A DNA stretch of 51,337 nt, from positions 1 through 51,337 of the forward strand of contig JAFGOQ010000062.1 of the NCBI GenBank assembly GCA_016926405.1, read 5' to 3'. Source of the stretch: Bacteroidales bacterium. GTDB taxonomy: Bacteria > Bacteroidota > Bacteroidia > Bacteroidales > UBA6680. Under the pieces are notes generated by a model. That model worked only from the letters and a program-made list of their open reading frames with translations. It was not told where the DNA came from and searched no databases. The stretch's first letter is position 1. Each line of letters opens with the position of its first letter. Of this stretch, positions 27,588 through 36,455 are shown piece after piece. Position numbers and translations under genes: made by a program.

Positions 27588-28523
27588 ATGTTAAAACAAA
27601 GAATTATACTTTTTCTTAAGGGAATGGCTATGGGAGCAGCAGATATTGTTCCTGGAGTTTCGGGTGGTACAATAGCTTTTATATCTGGTATTTACGAAGA
27701 GCTGATAGATTCTATCCGCTCTTTTAATTTGGTTAATATTAAGTTGTTGTTTAAAAAAGGAGGAATATCAGAGTTTTGGAAAGCTGTTAATGGTGCTTTT
27801 TTGCTTACTCTGTTTTTGGGTATCCTTACAAGTGTTTTAAGTGTTGCGCGTGTTCTTAAATATACATTAGATACATATCCTGTTTTGTTATGGAGTTTCT
27901 TTTTTGGTTTGATAATTGCTTCGGCAATAATGGTTGCTAGAAAAATTCATAACTGGAATATTTATAAAGTAATTGTTACTGTTATTGCTGCAGCTGTTGC
28001 TGTTTGGGTTACATCTGTAAGCCCAACAAATACTTCCGATTCATACTTTTTTCTTTTTATTACTGGTGCAATAGCTATTTGTGCAATGATTTTACCAGGA
28101 ATATCGGGAGCATTTATACTCCTTTTGCTAGGTAAATATCAAACTGTACTCGAAGCTATTAACCCTAATAATCCTAACATTTCAGTTATTCTCCTTATTG
28201 GTGCAGGTGCAGTTGTGGGTTTGTTGTCATTTTCCAATATTTTAGGATGGCTTTTGAAAAAGTATCACGACATTACTATTGCTGCTCTTTTTGGTTTTAT
28301 GATCGGATCTTTGAATAAAATATGGCCTTGGAAAGAGACTCTTGAATGGATTACAGGATCGCATGGAAAGCAAATACCCTATATTGAGAATAATATTCTT
28401 CCAAACCATTGGGAAGTAGTAAATAATCAGCCATCGCAGGTTGGGTATGCTGTAATGTTTATGGTTGTTGGCTTTCTTGTTATTTTTGTGATCGAATATA
28501 TTGCAAAAAAAATAGCTAAATGA
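27588..28523 (+). CDS. DUF368 family membrane protein (family implicated in undecaprenyl-phosphate recycling)
   Basis: 311 aa. GAADIVPGVSGGTIAFISGIYEELI and the second PGISGAFILLLLGKY repeat are the DUF368 hallmarks. Confidence 0.85.
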   Translation: MLKQRIILFLKGMAMGAADIVPGVSGGTIAFISGIYEELIDSIRSFNLVNIKLLFKKGGISEFWKAVNGAFLLTLFLGILTSVLSVARVLKYTLDTYPVLLWSFFFGLIIASAIMVARKIHNWNIYKVIVTVIAAAVAVWVTSVSPTNTSDSYFFLFITGAIAICAMILPGISGAFILLLLGKYQTVLEAINPNNPNISVILLIGAGAVVGLLSFSNILGWLLKKYHDITIAALFGFMIGSLNKIWPWKETLEWITGSHGKQIPYIENNILPNHWEVVNNQPSQVGYAVMFMVVGFLVIFVIEYIAKKIAK

Positions 28524-29260
28524 TGAAGCATTTTGGTCTTGTAGGATTTCCTTTAGGTCATTCTTTCTCGAAGAGATATTTCGATAGTAAATTTCGGAAA
28601 GAGGGATTTTTCGATTGTGACTTTTTTCCTTTTGAGTTACAGTGTATTTCAGAGATAAGAGATTTAGTTAATACTAAAAATCTTAAAGGTTTTAGTGTTA
28701 CTATTCCTCATAAAGAGTCTATTATTCCTTATCTGGATTTAATAGATCCTGTTGCTTTAGAAATAGGGGCCGTAAATAGTGTTAAAGTAGAGCGAACTGA
28801 TGATGAGTTGTGCTTAGTTGGTTATAATACTGATTGGATAGGCTTTAAAAAAGCTTTAGAACCTAAATTAACAAATAGTCATAAAAAGGCTTTGATATTA
28901 GGAACAGGCGGAGCGGCAAAGGCTGTTGCTTATGCACTTAAGAGTCTTAAAATAGAATATCATTTTGTTTCTCGCGATATTAATAAAGGATTGGCATATT
29001 GCGATATTGATAAGAGAATTGTTGAAGATAATTTAATTATAGTTAATACAACTCCTCTTGGTACATTTCCTAATGTTAACGAAAAAGCTGACTTCCCTAC
29101 TAATCTTTTAACAGAAAATCATATTGTTTATGATTTAATATATAATCCCGTTGAGACATTATTATTAAAAGAGGCTCGATTGCTAGGGGCAAAAACCATT
29201 AATGGTCAAAGAATGCTTGAGGAGCAAGCCGAAGTGTCGTGGATTAAATGGAATGGCTAA
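28520..29260 (+). CDS. aroE: shikimate dehydrogenase
   Basis: 246 aa. GLVGFPLGHSFSKRYF, SVTIPHK, NTDWIGF, GTGGAAKAV. Its start overlaps the DUF368 stop (ATGA). Confidence 0.85.
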   Translation: MMKHFGLVGFPLGHSFSKRYFDSKFRKEGFFDCDFFPFELQCISEIRDLVNTKNLKGFSVTIPHKESIIPYLDLIDPVALEIGAVNSVKVERTDDELCLVGYNTDWIGFKKALEPKLTNSHKKALILGTGGAAKAVAYALKSLKIEYHFVSRDINKGLAYCDIDKRIVEDNLIIVNTTPLGTFPNVNEKADFPTNLLTENHIVYDLIYNPVETLLLKEARLLGAKTINGQRMLEEQAEVSWIKWNG

Positions 29261-29315
29261 TTATTAAAATTGGTTAAAAAACTATATTTTTGGAAAACTT
29301 AAAAACAGAATTATT

Positions 29316-29969
29316 ATGAGAAAAGTAATTATTGCTCTTTTGTTGCTTTCAATTGGTGTTGCTAAGGCACAAAATGTACAAACTCATTACGATATGGGTA
29401 AAGGTAGAGGTTTTTTAACAACTACAGTTGAAATGTTTAAGCCCGACAATTATGGCTCTACTTTCTTTTTTATCGATATGGATTATAACGGTAATAAAAA
29501 TGGTATTTCGTTAGCTTATTGGGAGATATCTCGTAACCTAAAGTTAGGGAAATTACCTGTTCAGCTTCACCTTGAGTATAATGGTGGTTTAGTGATTGGT
29601 CAATCATTTAGAAATGCTTATCTAACAGGTGTATCATATCCTCTGCCTATTAAAGGTGGTTCGTTTGAAGTTTCGGCATTGTATAAGTATATTGATGGGA
29701 TAACAAATGCTGCTGATATTCAATTTACAGGAGTTTGGTTTGTGCCTCTATTTAAAGGAAAAGTGTCATTTACAGGTTTTGTTGATTTCTGGTCGCAAGG
29801 ACTAGGTAATGATAACTCAAATTGGGTTTTCTTGACAGAACCACAGTTATGGTATAATGCAACAAAGCATCTTTCTCTTGGAAGTGAGGTAGAGATTAGT
29901 AATAATTTTATTATTGGTTCAGATGGTATGCAAGTAATGCCAACTCTTGCTGCTAAATGGAGTTTTTAA
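29316..29969 (+). CDS. DUF5020-like outer-membrane beta-barrel protein (Tsx-like)
   Basis: 217 aa with a signal peptide ending AKAQN. Alternating beta-strand pattern, ending ...AAKWSF (aromatic terminal residue). The N-terminal QTHYDMGKGRGFLTTTVEMFKPDNYGSTFFFIDMDY resembles DUF5020 proteins. Confidence 0.5.
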   Translation: MRKVIIALLLLSIGVAKAQNVQTHYDMGKGRGFLTTTVEMFKPDNYGSTFFFIDMDYNGNKNGISLAYWEISRNLKLGKLPVQLHLEYNGGLVIGQSFRNAYLTGVSYPLPIKGGSFEVSALYKYIDGITNAADIQFTGVWFVPLFKGKVSFTGFVDFWSQGLGNDNSNWVFLTEPQLWYNATKHLSLGSEVEISNNFIIGSDGMQVMPTLAAKWSF

Positions 29970-29991
29970 TTATTAAACTCAAATAAAAATC

Positions 29992-30022
29992 AAAACCATC
30001 GTATTAATTGCGATGGTTTTTT
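29992..30022 (+). terminator. rho-independent terminator after the DUF5020-like gene
   Basis: AAAACCATCG (29992-30001) / CGATGGTTTT (30011-30020), with the T-run continuing to 30022. Confidence 0.75.
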
Positions 30023-30034
30023 ATTTTTGACCAT

Positions 30035-30802
30035 ATGAATGTGAGCTATAGATTATTTCTTTTGTTTTTTGCTTTTGTAATGTCATTGCCTGTTTTTACT
30101 ACTGTTCAGAAACTTCCGAATAATGTTTTTGAAGTGGGCGAGAAATTGGTTTATGATGCATATTATAATTGGAGTTTTCTATGGATCAAAGCTGGAATTG
30201 CCGAATTTTCGGTTGAGAAAGAGAATGATGATAGAATTCTTTTAAAAGCAACTGGAAGCTCTTTACCTCAATACGATTGGATTTTTAGAATACGTGATTC
30301 TTTTGTTAGTGAGATTGATTCAAAAACTTTAAAGCCTCTGTATTTTAAACGTAGTACATCTGAGGGAAGGTATTGGGTAAAGAATCAGTTTTTTTTCGAT
30401 TACAATACGAATAATGTAAATTGTGTACTTCTAAATAAAGATCGCAAAGCTAATACCTCTGTTAAGAGTCTCGACGATTTACGAGATGTTCTTTCGGCTG
30501 TTTATTATTGTCGTTCAATTGATTTTTCTGCATATGAAATAGGTGATAAAATACCAATTCAGCTGTTAATAGAAGGTGATACTTATCCTGTTTATCTTCG
30601 ATTATTAGGATATCAAAACCTAGTATTAAAAAATGGGAAGACATATAACACTATTAAATTTTCGGTTAAACTTGTTGAAGGTACTATTTTTAATGGAGGC
30701 GAAAAACTTACAGTATTTGTTACTAATGATTTAAGTCGAAAGCCTGTATATGTTGAGGGTGAAATTTTAGTAGGAAGTGTAAAGGCTATAATTAGAGAAT
30801 AA
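30035..30802 (+). CDS. DUF3108 domain protein
   Basis: The track ORF starts at TTG 30008, inside the upstream terminator. ATG 30035 (MNVSYRLFLLFFAFVMSLPV) gives a signal peptide. GEKLVYDAYYNWSFLWIKAGIAEFSV is DUF3108-like. Confidence 0.7.
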   Translation: MNVSYRLFLLFFAFVMSLPVFTTVQKLPNNVFEVGEKLVYDAYYNWSFLWIKAGIAEFSVEKENDDRILLKATGSSLPQYDWIFRIRDSFVSEIDSKTLKPLYFKRSTSEGRYWVKNQFFFDYNTNNVNCVLLNKDRKANTSVKSLDDLRDVLSAVYYCRSIDFSAYEIGDKIPIQLLIEGDTYPVYLRLLGYQNLVLKNGKTYNTIKFSVKLVEGTIFNGGEKLTVFVTNDLSRKPVYVEGEILVGSVKAIIRE

Positions 30803-30806
30803 TAAA

Positions 30807-31160
30807 ATGGAAAAAACAGTATATTTTCTTTCTACATGCGATACATGTAAAAGAATAATGAAGGAGGTTAGTGTTAATGATGAATTTAAAGTAATTGATC
30901 TGAAAGAAAATCGGTTATCAGAAGATGAAATTGCTTTTTTTGTTAGCAAAGTAGATAGTATTTCGGATTTAATTAATAAACATGCCGTAATATATAAGGA
31001 GCAAGATCTTAAGAATAAACAGTTGAGTGACGATGAAATAGAAAGCCTGTTAATTAAGCATTATACTCTTATAAAAAGGCCTATTTTTATTATAGGTGAA
31101 GATACTTTTATTGGGAATAGTAGAGCGGTAATAGAAAAAGTTAAATCAAAGTTATTGTAA
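30807..31160 (+). CDS. ArsC/Spx/YffB-family thioredoxin-fold protein
   Basis: 117 aa. N-terminal VYFLSTCDTCKR and C-terminal LIKRPIFI, typical of the ArsC-like family. Confidence 0.75.
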   Translation: MEKTVYFLSTCDTCKRIMKEVSVNDEFKVIDLKENRLSEDEIAFFVSKVDSISDLINKHAVIYKEQDLKNKQLSDDEIESLLIKHYTLIKRPIFIIGEDTFIGNSRAVIEKVKSKLL

Positions 31161-31766
31161 ATGAAATTTTTTAAAATAAAAATAGAGGAATATAAAAAGA
31201 AGTCGAAACTAAGCAAGTTTTTTGACTTCTTGCTATTGGTTATCTTATTGATGGTGCTTATACCATCTACCAGAGTTAAAATTCAGCAATTATTGTTGAA
31301 TATTGGAATTACATCATCTGGTAAAATTGAAAACAGTAATATTTCTGTGCCTAATAGTTTTTATAACTGGCAATTAGTGTCGTCAAGAGGGGAAGTTTTT
31401 GATATGCAATTGTGCAAAAATAAAGTAGTGTTTATTAATTTCTGGGCAACTTGGTGTTCTCCATGTGTGGCAGAGCTTCCATATATTGATGATTTAAACC
31501 AGAAATTTAAGGACAATGCCAATGTTGTAATTGTTACTGTTGTGGATGAATCTTTCAAAAAAGTTAATCCTTTTATGAAAAAAAGAGGATTCTTTTTTAA
31601 TGTATTTCAAAGTAAAATAGGCTTGCCTTCGTTTCTAAATAAAGGTTCAATACCTAATACTTTCATAATTGATAAGGAGGGCAAATTAGTTCTAGAGAAA
31701 ACAGGTTCGTATAAATGGAACAGTAAACAAATAGTTGATTATATTGAGGAGTTATCGAAGAGATGA
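31161..31766 (+). CDS. TlpA-family thiol-disulfide oxidoreductase (membrane-anchored thioredoxin-like)
   Basis: 201 aa with an N-terminal TM and the FWATWCSPCVAELP active site (WCxxC). Its start is directly adjacent to the ArsC-like stop. Confidence 0.8.
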   Translation: MKFFKIKIEEYKKKSKLSKFFDFLLLVILLMVLIPSTRVKIQQLLLNIGITSSGKIENSNISVPNSFYNWQLVSSRGEVFDMQLCKNKVVFINFWATWCSPCVAELPYIDDLNQKFKDNANVVIVTVVDESFKKVNPFMKKRGFFFNVFQSKIGLPSFLNKGSIPNTFIIDKEGKLVLEKTGSYKWNSKQIVDYIEELSKR

Positions 31767-31984
31767 TCTTTCATTTTATAAATTTAACAGTTGTTGTTTT
31801 ACATAATATTTAACTTTGTTTTGTTTTATGCCCTTCTTTGCGATATATAAAGTGAATCCAGAGAGTTAAATATATTATTTTGAAAGAGGACTTATTGTTA
31901 TTTTTTGTTAGTCAAATTAGTGTGAAAAAAGATTGGTGTTGTTTTAATAATTAGCTTATATTGGAATGAGAAAAAATTTAAAAC

Positions 31985-32260
31985 ATGAAGATTAGAGATT
32001 TGAAAAAAGATGTGAATTCTGTTTTTGAGTTTGTTATACAAGAGTGTTATACTTGTCTATATTATTCGCCAGTTGTTAATTACGAATATGTTTATAGCAT
32101 ATTATCAGAGGCGGTTGAAAAAAGAGAAGAGATCTTAACATTAATAAATGATAATAAAAAACTTTCAAAAATAGATAAGTCAAAATATTTTTCAAATCTA
32201 ACTCACAATCTCTTCGAATCGTCTTCTGAAATGGTTGATAGATTATGTCAGCAAAATTAA
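31985..32260 (+). CDS. hypothetical protein
   Basis: 91-aa ATG ORF with no recognisable motif. Its 3' end overlaps the convergent S4 gene by 4 nt. Confidence 0.4.
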   Translation: MKIRDLKKDVNSVFEFVIQECYTCLYYSPVVNYEYVYSILSEAVEKREEILTLINDNKKLSKIDKSKYFSNLTHNLFESSSEMVDRLCQQN

Positions 32261-32469
32261 ACTACTTCAATAATTTTTCCTTCAACTTCTATTTTGTCGC
32301 CTTTAACTATTTTTGCGCGTATTCTTGTTTCTACTTCACCGTTTCTAATTACCGAACCTTCACTTATTAATATTTTAGCGTGTCCCCCAGTTTGCGCAAT
32401 TTGTGTTGTTTTTAATAATTTGTTTAATTCTAAATAATCTGCGTTTAGTTCAAATTTCATTATTTTCAA
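32257..32469 (-). CDS. RNA-binding S4 domain protein (YbcJ-like)
   Basis: 70 aa. DYLELNKLLKTTQIAQTGGHAKILISEGSVIRNGEVETRIRAKIVKGDKIEV fits the small S4-domain family. Confidence 0.7.
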   Translation of the reverse strand: MKIMKFELNADYLELNKLLKTTQIAQTGGHAKILISEGSVIRNGEVETRIRAKIVKGDKIEVEGKIIEVV

Positions 32470-33190
32470 TTTTTATGGTAGTTGAATACTTTTTTAATTC
32501 TTTATCGTAAATCTTCGATTTTTTTTCAAAAGAGCTTAGTTTGTCCCAGAATCTATTGCTGTGATTTTTTTCGATTGTATGAGTTAACTCATGCAAAATT
32601 ACGTAATCGATTAAATGATTAGGTAATTTCATTAAGAAAAGTGATAAGTTGATGTTATTTTTATATGAGCAAGATCCCCATCTGGTTTTAGCCGCTTTAA
32701 TACTTACATTATTATATGCTAAATTGTGTTTTTTAGATAACTCCTCTACTCTTTTGGGTAAGTATTGTTTAGCTTCAATTCTGAAAGTTTCAATAAAAGC
32801 TTTTTCAATAAAATTTTGAATCTCGTTTTTACTATAGTCATTAATTTTATCCGAAAGTACTATTTTAGTCTCTTGATTTTTAATGCTCACGAAACTTTCG
32901 TTTGAACTATGAGTAAGTATTTTTATCGAATGAAATTTAGTGTTATGTTGATTTCCTGGTAATAAAATCTCTTTTTGATATTTTTCTAATGAATTAATCT
33001 TTTCGATAGTTTGAGTAATCCACTCTTTTTTTGATTCTATGAACTTCACAGCTTTTTTTATGCTATAGTTTCGTGGAATAGTAAGTGAAATATCTCCATC
33101 TGGCTTCACTCTTAAGCTAAGTTTCGAGGATCTATGATGATCTCTAATAATAAGATTTCTATCTAAAAATTTAGATTTTAAAAGAATCAT
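32450..33190 (-). CDS. YgjP/DUF45-like (M48 superfamily) metal-dependent hydrolase
   Basis: 246 aa. RWGSCSYKNNINL... and the zinc motif VILHELTHTIEKNHSNRFW. Overlaps the start of the S4 gene by 20 nt. Confidence 0.75.
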   Translation of the reverse strand: MILLKSKFLDRNLIIRDHHRSSKLSLRVKPDGDISLTIPRNYSIKKAVKFIESKKEWITQTIEKINSLEKYQKEILLPGNQHNTKFHSIKILTHSSNESFVSIKNQETKIVLSDKINDYSKNEIQNFIEKAFIETFRIEAKQYLPKRVEELSKKHNLAYNNVSIKAAKTRWGSCSYKNNINLSLFLMKLPNHLIDYVILHELTHTIEKNHSNRFWDKLSSFEKKSKIYDKELKKYSTTIKIENNEI

Positions 33191-33238
33191 AAAAAAACCT
33201 CCTTTTAATAAGGAGGCGAATATACAAATAAAGGTTGT

Positions 33239-34219
33239 TTAATATCTATAAAGCCATAAATCTGTTTGGCGTTTTCTGTATACTAGTAAATTTGCTTTTG
33301 CTTCGGTGTATCCCCAATAACTAGCCTGTGAAACAGAGTAAATATTATTTTCTTTTAGAATAATTTTTCCTTCATAGCCAAGGTTCTTCATTTTTTTCGA
33401 GAATTTATCTGCATTACCTTTAATTCTAAAACTGCCAGCCATAATATAGTATCGCATGTATTCCCCTGTTTTTGGATTTATATCTTGCGGAATTTTTATC
33501 TTAGCTGTTTTTTTATTGTCAGTAATAACTTTGTATTCATCTTTTGTTATTACCTTTTTAACTTCTTTATTTACTGAAGTTTTATTTTTTTCTTTCGAAG
33601 AGCCAAAAATATTTACAACATTAGTTTGGTCAAGAATAACTAGAAGGAGAAAAATAAAGAGTAGGCTAGCAATAATCCCAATATATAAATTTCTTTTTTC
33701 CTTATAATGTATTGAATCCATAAATTTTTCCCAGAAATTATTATTTACATTATTTGTGATGGGAACGTTTGGTTTTGGTTTCTTATTTTCTGGATTATTA
33801 TTCCTTGATTCCTCTTTTTTTGAAGTTGTTTTTGATTCTTCAGTTTTAGGAATTATTGGAGGTGTATCTGTCGAAGATTTAGGAATAGAAATTTCGTCTT
33901 TCATTTCAAAATTCATATTCCCTTTATCGTCAATAGTAAATGTACCTAGATTAACAATATCGTATTTCTTTTTGGTGTTTAATTCAGATTTTAAATTAGT
34001 GACAAAATTATCCAGTTTAGTCTGAGCCAATTCTTTGGTGCAATTCTCTTTTTTTGCAATATGAGAAACTAAAAGGCCATCGTTGTATTTAAGAAAAGGG
34101 CTGAAAGTAATTATATAAGAACCTGATGATGTTCCCTCTCTCTTTATTAATGCCCCAAAGCCAGGGATAATAATTCTATTATTTGAATTTAGCAGGTCTG
34201 CTATGTATTGATCCATCAT
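33239..34219 (-). CDS. HU-like (HU-CCDC81) plus SPOR domain protein
   Basis: 326 aa. N-terminal NNRIIIPGFGALIKRE and second half-domain VNLGTFTIDDKGNMNF. A low-complexity linker and one TM follow. C-terminal SPOR-like YYIMAGSFRIKGNADKFSKKMKNLGYEGKII. Confidence 0.7.
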   Translation of the reverse strand: MMDQYIADLLNSNNRIIIPGFGALIKREGTSSGSYIITFSPFLKYNDGLLVSHIAKKENCTKELAQTKLDNFVTNLKSELNTKKKYDIVNLGTFTIDDKGNMNFEMKDEISIPKSSTDTPPIIPKTEESKTTSKKEESRNNNPENKKPKPNVPITNNVNNNFWEKFMDSIHYKEKRNLYIGIIASLLFIFLLLVILDQTNVVNIFGSSKEKNKTSVNKEVKKVITKDEYKVITDNKKTAKIKIPQDINPKTGEYMRYYIMAGSFRIKGNADKFSKKMKNLGYEGKIILKENNIYSVSQASYWGYTEAKANLLVYRKRQTDLWLYRY

Positions 34220-34307
34220 AATTGTGGTTTTCTTTGGTTATTATTAGTTTAAACCATTGCTTAAGCATCAGTGGTTTACAGAAGTTATGAAAAAAATATA
34301 GAAATAG

Positions 34308-34679
34308 CTATAAATATTTGGCTAATATTTTCTTGATTTTTTCAATCGAGTATGGTTTTATCATAATATCGTTGAAGCCTACTTTTGAATACATATGAAT
34401 GAAATTATTTGGATTGTGTGCAGTAATAGCTATTATTGGGATATCGCATTTTGGTTTTTTTAGTTTGTTTCTAATGTATTTTGTTGCTTCCAATCCATTC
34501 ATGACAGGCATTTCAATATCCATCAAGATAATATCAAAATTGGAGGTTTCAATTTTCTGTATTGCACTTTCGCCATTTTCGGCTTCCTTTATAGCAATAC
34601 CATTGAAAGTTTTTAAAATTTCTTTTAAAAGTATTCTGTTAACCAAAATATCATCAACTATTAGTATTTGCATAAACAA
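34308..34679 (-). CDS. single-domain response regulator (CheY-like receiver)
   Basis: 123 aa. ILIVDD, phospho-acceptor context DIILMDIEMPVMNG, AITAH, and conserved Lys in IMIKPY. Confidence 0.85.
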   Translation of the reverse strand: MFMQILIVDDILVNRILLKEILKTFNGIAIKEAENGESAIQKIETSNFDIILMDIEMPVMNGLEATKYIRNKLKKPKCDIPIIAITAHNPNNFIHMYSKVGFNDIMIKPYSIEKIKKILAKYL

Positions 34680-34686
34680 TATTTTT

Positions 34687-35346
34687 TTACCCTAATTTAC
34701 TAAGAGTTTTTACAATCTGTAAACTTTCAATTATAATGTTTCTTGAATCTATTGAAATAATTCTGTCGTTCTTAAACTCAGTTAATGTTCTAATAAAACT
34801 CTCTTTAGTTGTACCAGCAAGTTCTGCTAATTCTTGTCTTGAAAGGGGAAGAGTGAATGAGTTGTTTTTATATATCTCTTCAGAAAAATATAGAAGAACA
34901 TCTGCAATTCTACCAGGAAGCTGTTTGTGTGTTAAGCTAATTAATCTGTCTGTTGTAGCTATATCGGTATTCAATACATTTTTAATTATTTCTGTAAAGA
35001 AAACACCATTATTTTTTAATATTCTTAATAATACTTGAGCATTAATATATATGATTGAGCAATCATCAAGAGCTATAGCAGAATAGTTGTGGCTTTGATC
35101 GGCTAGTAAAGGTATGATTCCTAGTAATTCGCCTCTTGAAGACAGTCGCACAATATGGTTTTTGTTTAATCTGCCTTCTTTAAATATTTTAACTAAACCA
35201 GATTTTATAAGGGCTACTTCGTTTATTCGACTATTTTGTTTTGTTATTAGGTCTTTCTTTCTATATAATGCTTCATAACTATTTTTGTTAATAGCAATGA
35301 TTTCATCTTCGTTTAGACAGTCAAAAGTAGGAATTACACAATCCAT
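34687..35346 (-). CDS. Crp/Fnr-family transcriptional regulator
   Basis: 219 aa. cNMP-binding-like beta-roll (LIKSGLVKIFKEGRLNKNHIVRLSSRGELLG) and C-terminal HTH (SRQELAELAGTTKESFIRTLTEFKNDRII). Only 7 nt upstream of the receiver gene. Confidence 0.8.
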   Translation of the reverse strand: MDCVIPTFDCLNEDEIIAINKNSYEALYRKKDLITKQNSRINEVALIKSGLVKIFKEGRLNKNHIVRLSSRGELLGIIPLLADQSHNYSAIALDDCSIIYINAQVLLRILKNNGVFFTEIIKNVLNTDIATTDRLISLTHKQLPGRIADVLLYFSEEIYKNNSFTLPLSRQELAELAGTTKESFIRTLTEFKNDRIISIDSRNIIIESLQIVKTLSKLG

Positions 35347-35679
35347 ATTGTAATATTTTACGTTTTCGTTACTAAATATATAAAAAAAATATTAAAGGTG
35401 ATTTATGTCAGTGTCACTATTATTTTATCTCATCATATAACTTGTGATATTAGTGTAGTATTAGAGATATATTTGAGCATGAAATGAAGATTTTTATAAT
35501 CTAACAGAGAGTATAAAATGACTAATTAATGTAATTTATAATATATGTTAACAATTTACCTAAATAATATGCATACTAATTTTAATTATGGAGTGGTATA
35601 TTATATAAAGGTTATTAGCAAAACAGAAAAAATGAATTTTATTAGTATTAATAGTAAGAAAATCGTAAACCCTAAATAA

Positions 35680-36003
35680 ATGGAATCTATTAAAATTAAA
35701 CTGAAGCCAAAAATTAATCGAGGAATAAAAACAGCAATCATTTCATTTGATGGTGAGTTAAACACTATTTCTTCATCAGAAATTCAAAAATATTTTTTAA
35801 ATGATACTTTGTACTTCGATAAGTACATATTAGATTTTTCTGGGATAACAAATTTTAGCTTTAAATTTATTGATGTTATTGTTACTTTTAAAAAAATAGA
35901 AAAAAAGATAAATCGAAGCTTTAAATTCAAATTTGACATTTCTTGTAACTATAATAGTATTTTAGATAATACTAATTTTTATAATTATAACATTCAGAAT
36001 TAA
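35680..36003 (+). CDS. small STAS-like (anti-sigma-antagonist-fold) protein, tentative
   Basis: 107 aa. TAIISFDGELNTISSSEIQKYF...YILDFSGITNFSFKFIDVIVTFKK follows the STAS strand/helix pattern. It lacks the canonical DSSG phospho-serine context. Confidence 0.35.
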   Translation: MESIKIKLKPKINRGIKTAIISFDGELNTISSSEIQKYFLNDTLYFDKYILDFSGITNFSFKFIDVIVTFKKIEKKINRSFKFKFDISCNYNSILDNTNFYNYNIQN

Positions 36004-36005
36004 TA

Positions 36006-36191
36006 ATGAGTGGTAGCTTGCTCTGTACTTCTGATTCCTATAAAAATGATATCATAATCATTAATCTGTCTAGTGATTTATCAAAAAGAAATATTGAGAT
36101 TTTTTTTATGAATGTTATACACTGAATAATTTCTGATGTATCGGTCTGTTTATTCTCACTGAAGGAGTGGAATAGATTAATATCTTATTAA
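36006..36191 (+). pseudogene. degraded tandem copy of the STAS-like ORF (in-frame TGA, truncated)
   Basis: MSGSLLCTSDSYKNDIIIINLSSDLSKRNIEIFFMNVIH, then TGA (36123-36125), then in the same frame IISDVSVCLFSLKEWNRLISY. The two parts parallel the IISFDGEL... and ILDFSGITNFSF... segments of the upstream ORF. Confidence 0.25.
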
Positions 36192-36455
36192 TTTGTTGTT
36201 AAGTGTAAAAAAGGCAATTAAATGTCCTGATTATTAAAAGGAGTTAAGTTTAATTGTCGCACAAATTTATTATACCCATTGAAAAATTGTATAGCTATTT
36301 CTGAATTGACAGTTTAAACAATCTTTTATACCTTTTACTAATTGTTTGATTATTTGTTTTGACTGAACTCTTTATGCTTTATGCCAGCAACTAATTAATT
36401 CAATTATTAAATCATTTATTTTCCTGATTGATTAAAATAATAAAAACTTTATTAG

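Noticed and set aside
35398-35417. GTGA-N12-TCAC dyad in the Crp/che divergent intergenic region, considered as a Crp/Fnr binding site.
   Set aside because: The spacing and half-sites do not match the TGTGA-N6-TCACA or TTGAT-N4-ATCAA consensus. Such short dyads are common in AT-rich DNA.
36123-36125. The in-frame TGA in the second STAS-like frame, considered as evidence of TGA recoding (an alternative genetic code).
   Set aside because: Well-supported genes in this window terminate at TGA (for example lrgA at 7286-7288 and the DUF368 gene at 28521-28523). Standard code 11 applies, and the frame is best seen as a pseudogene.
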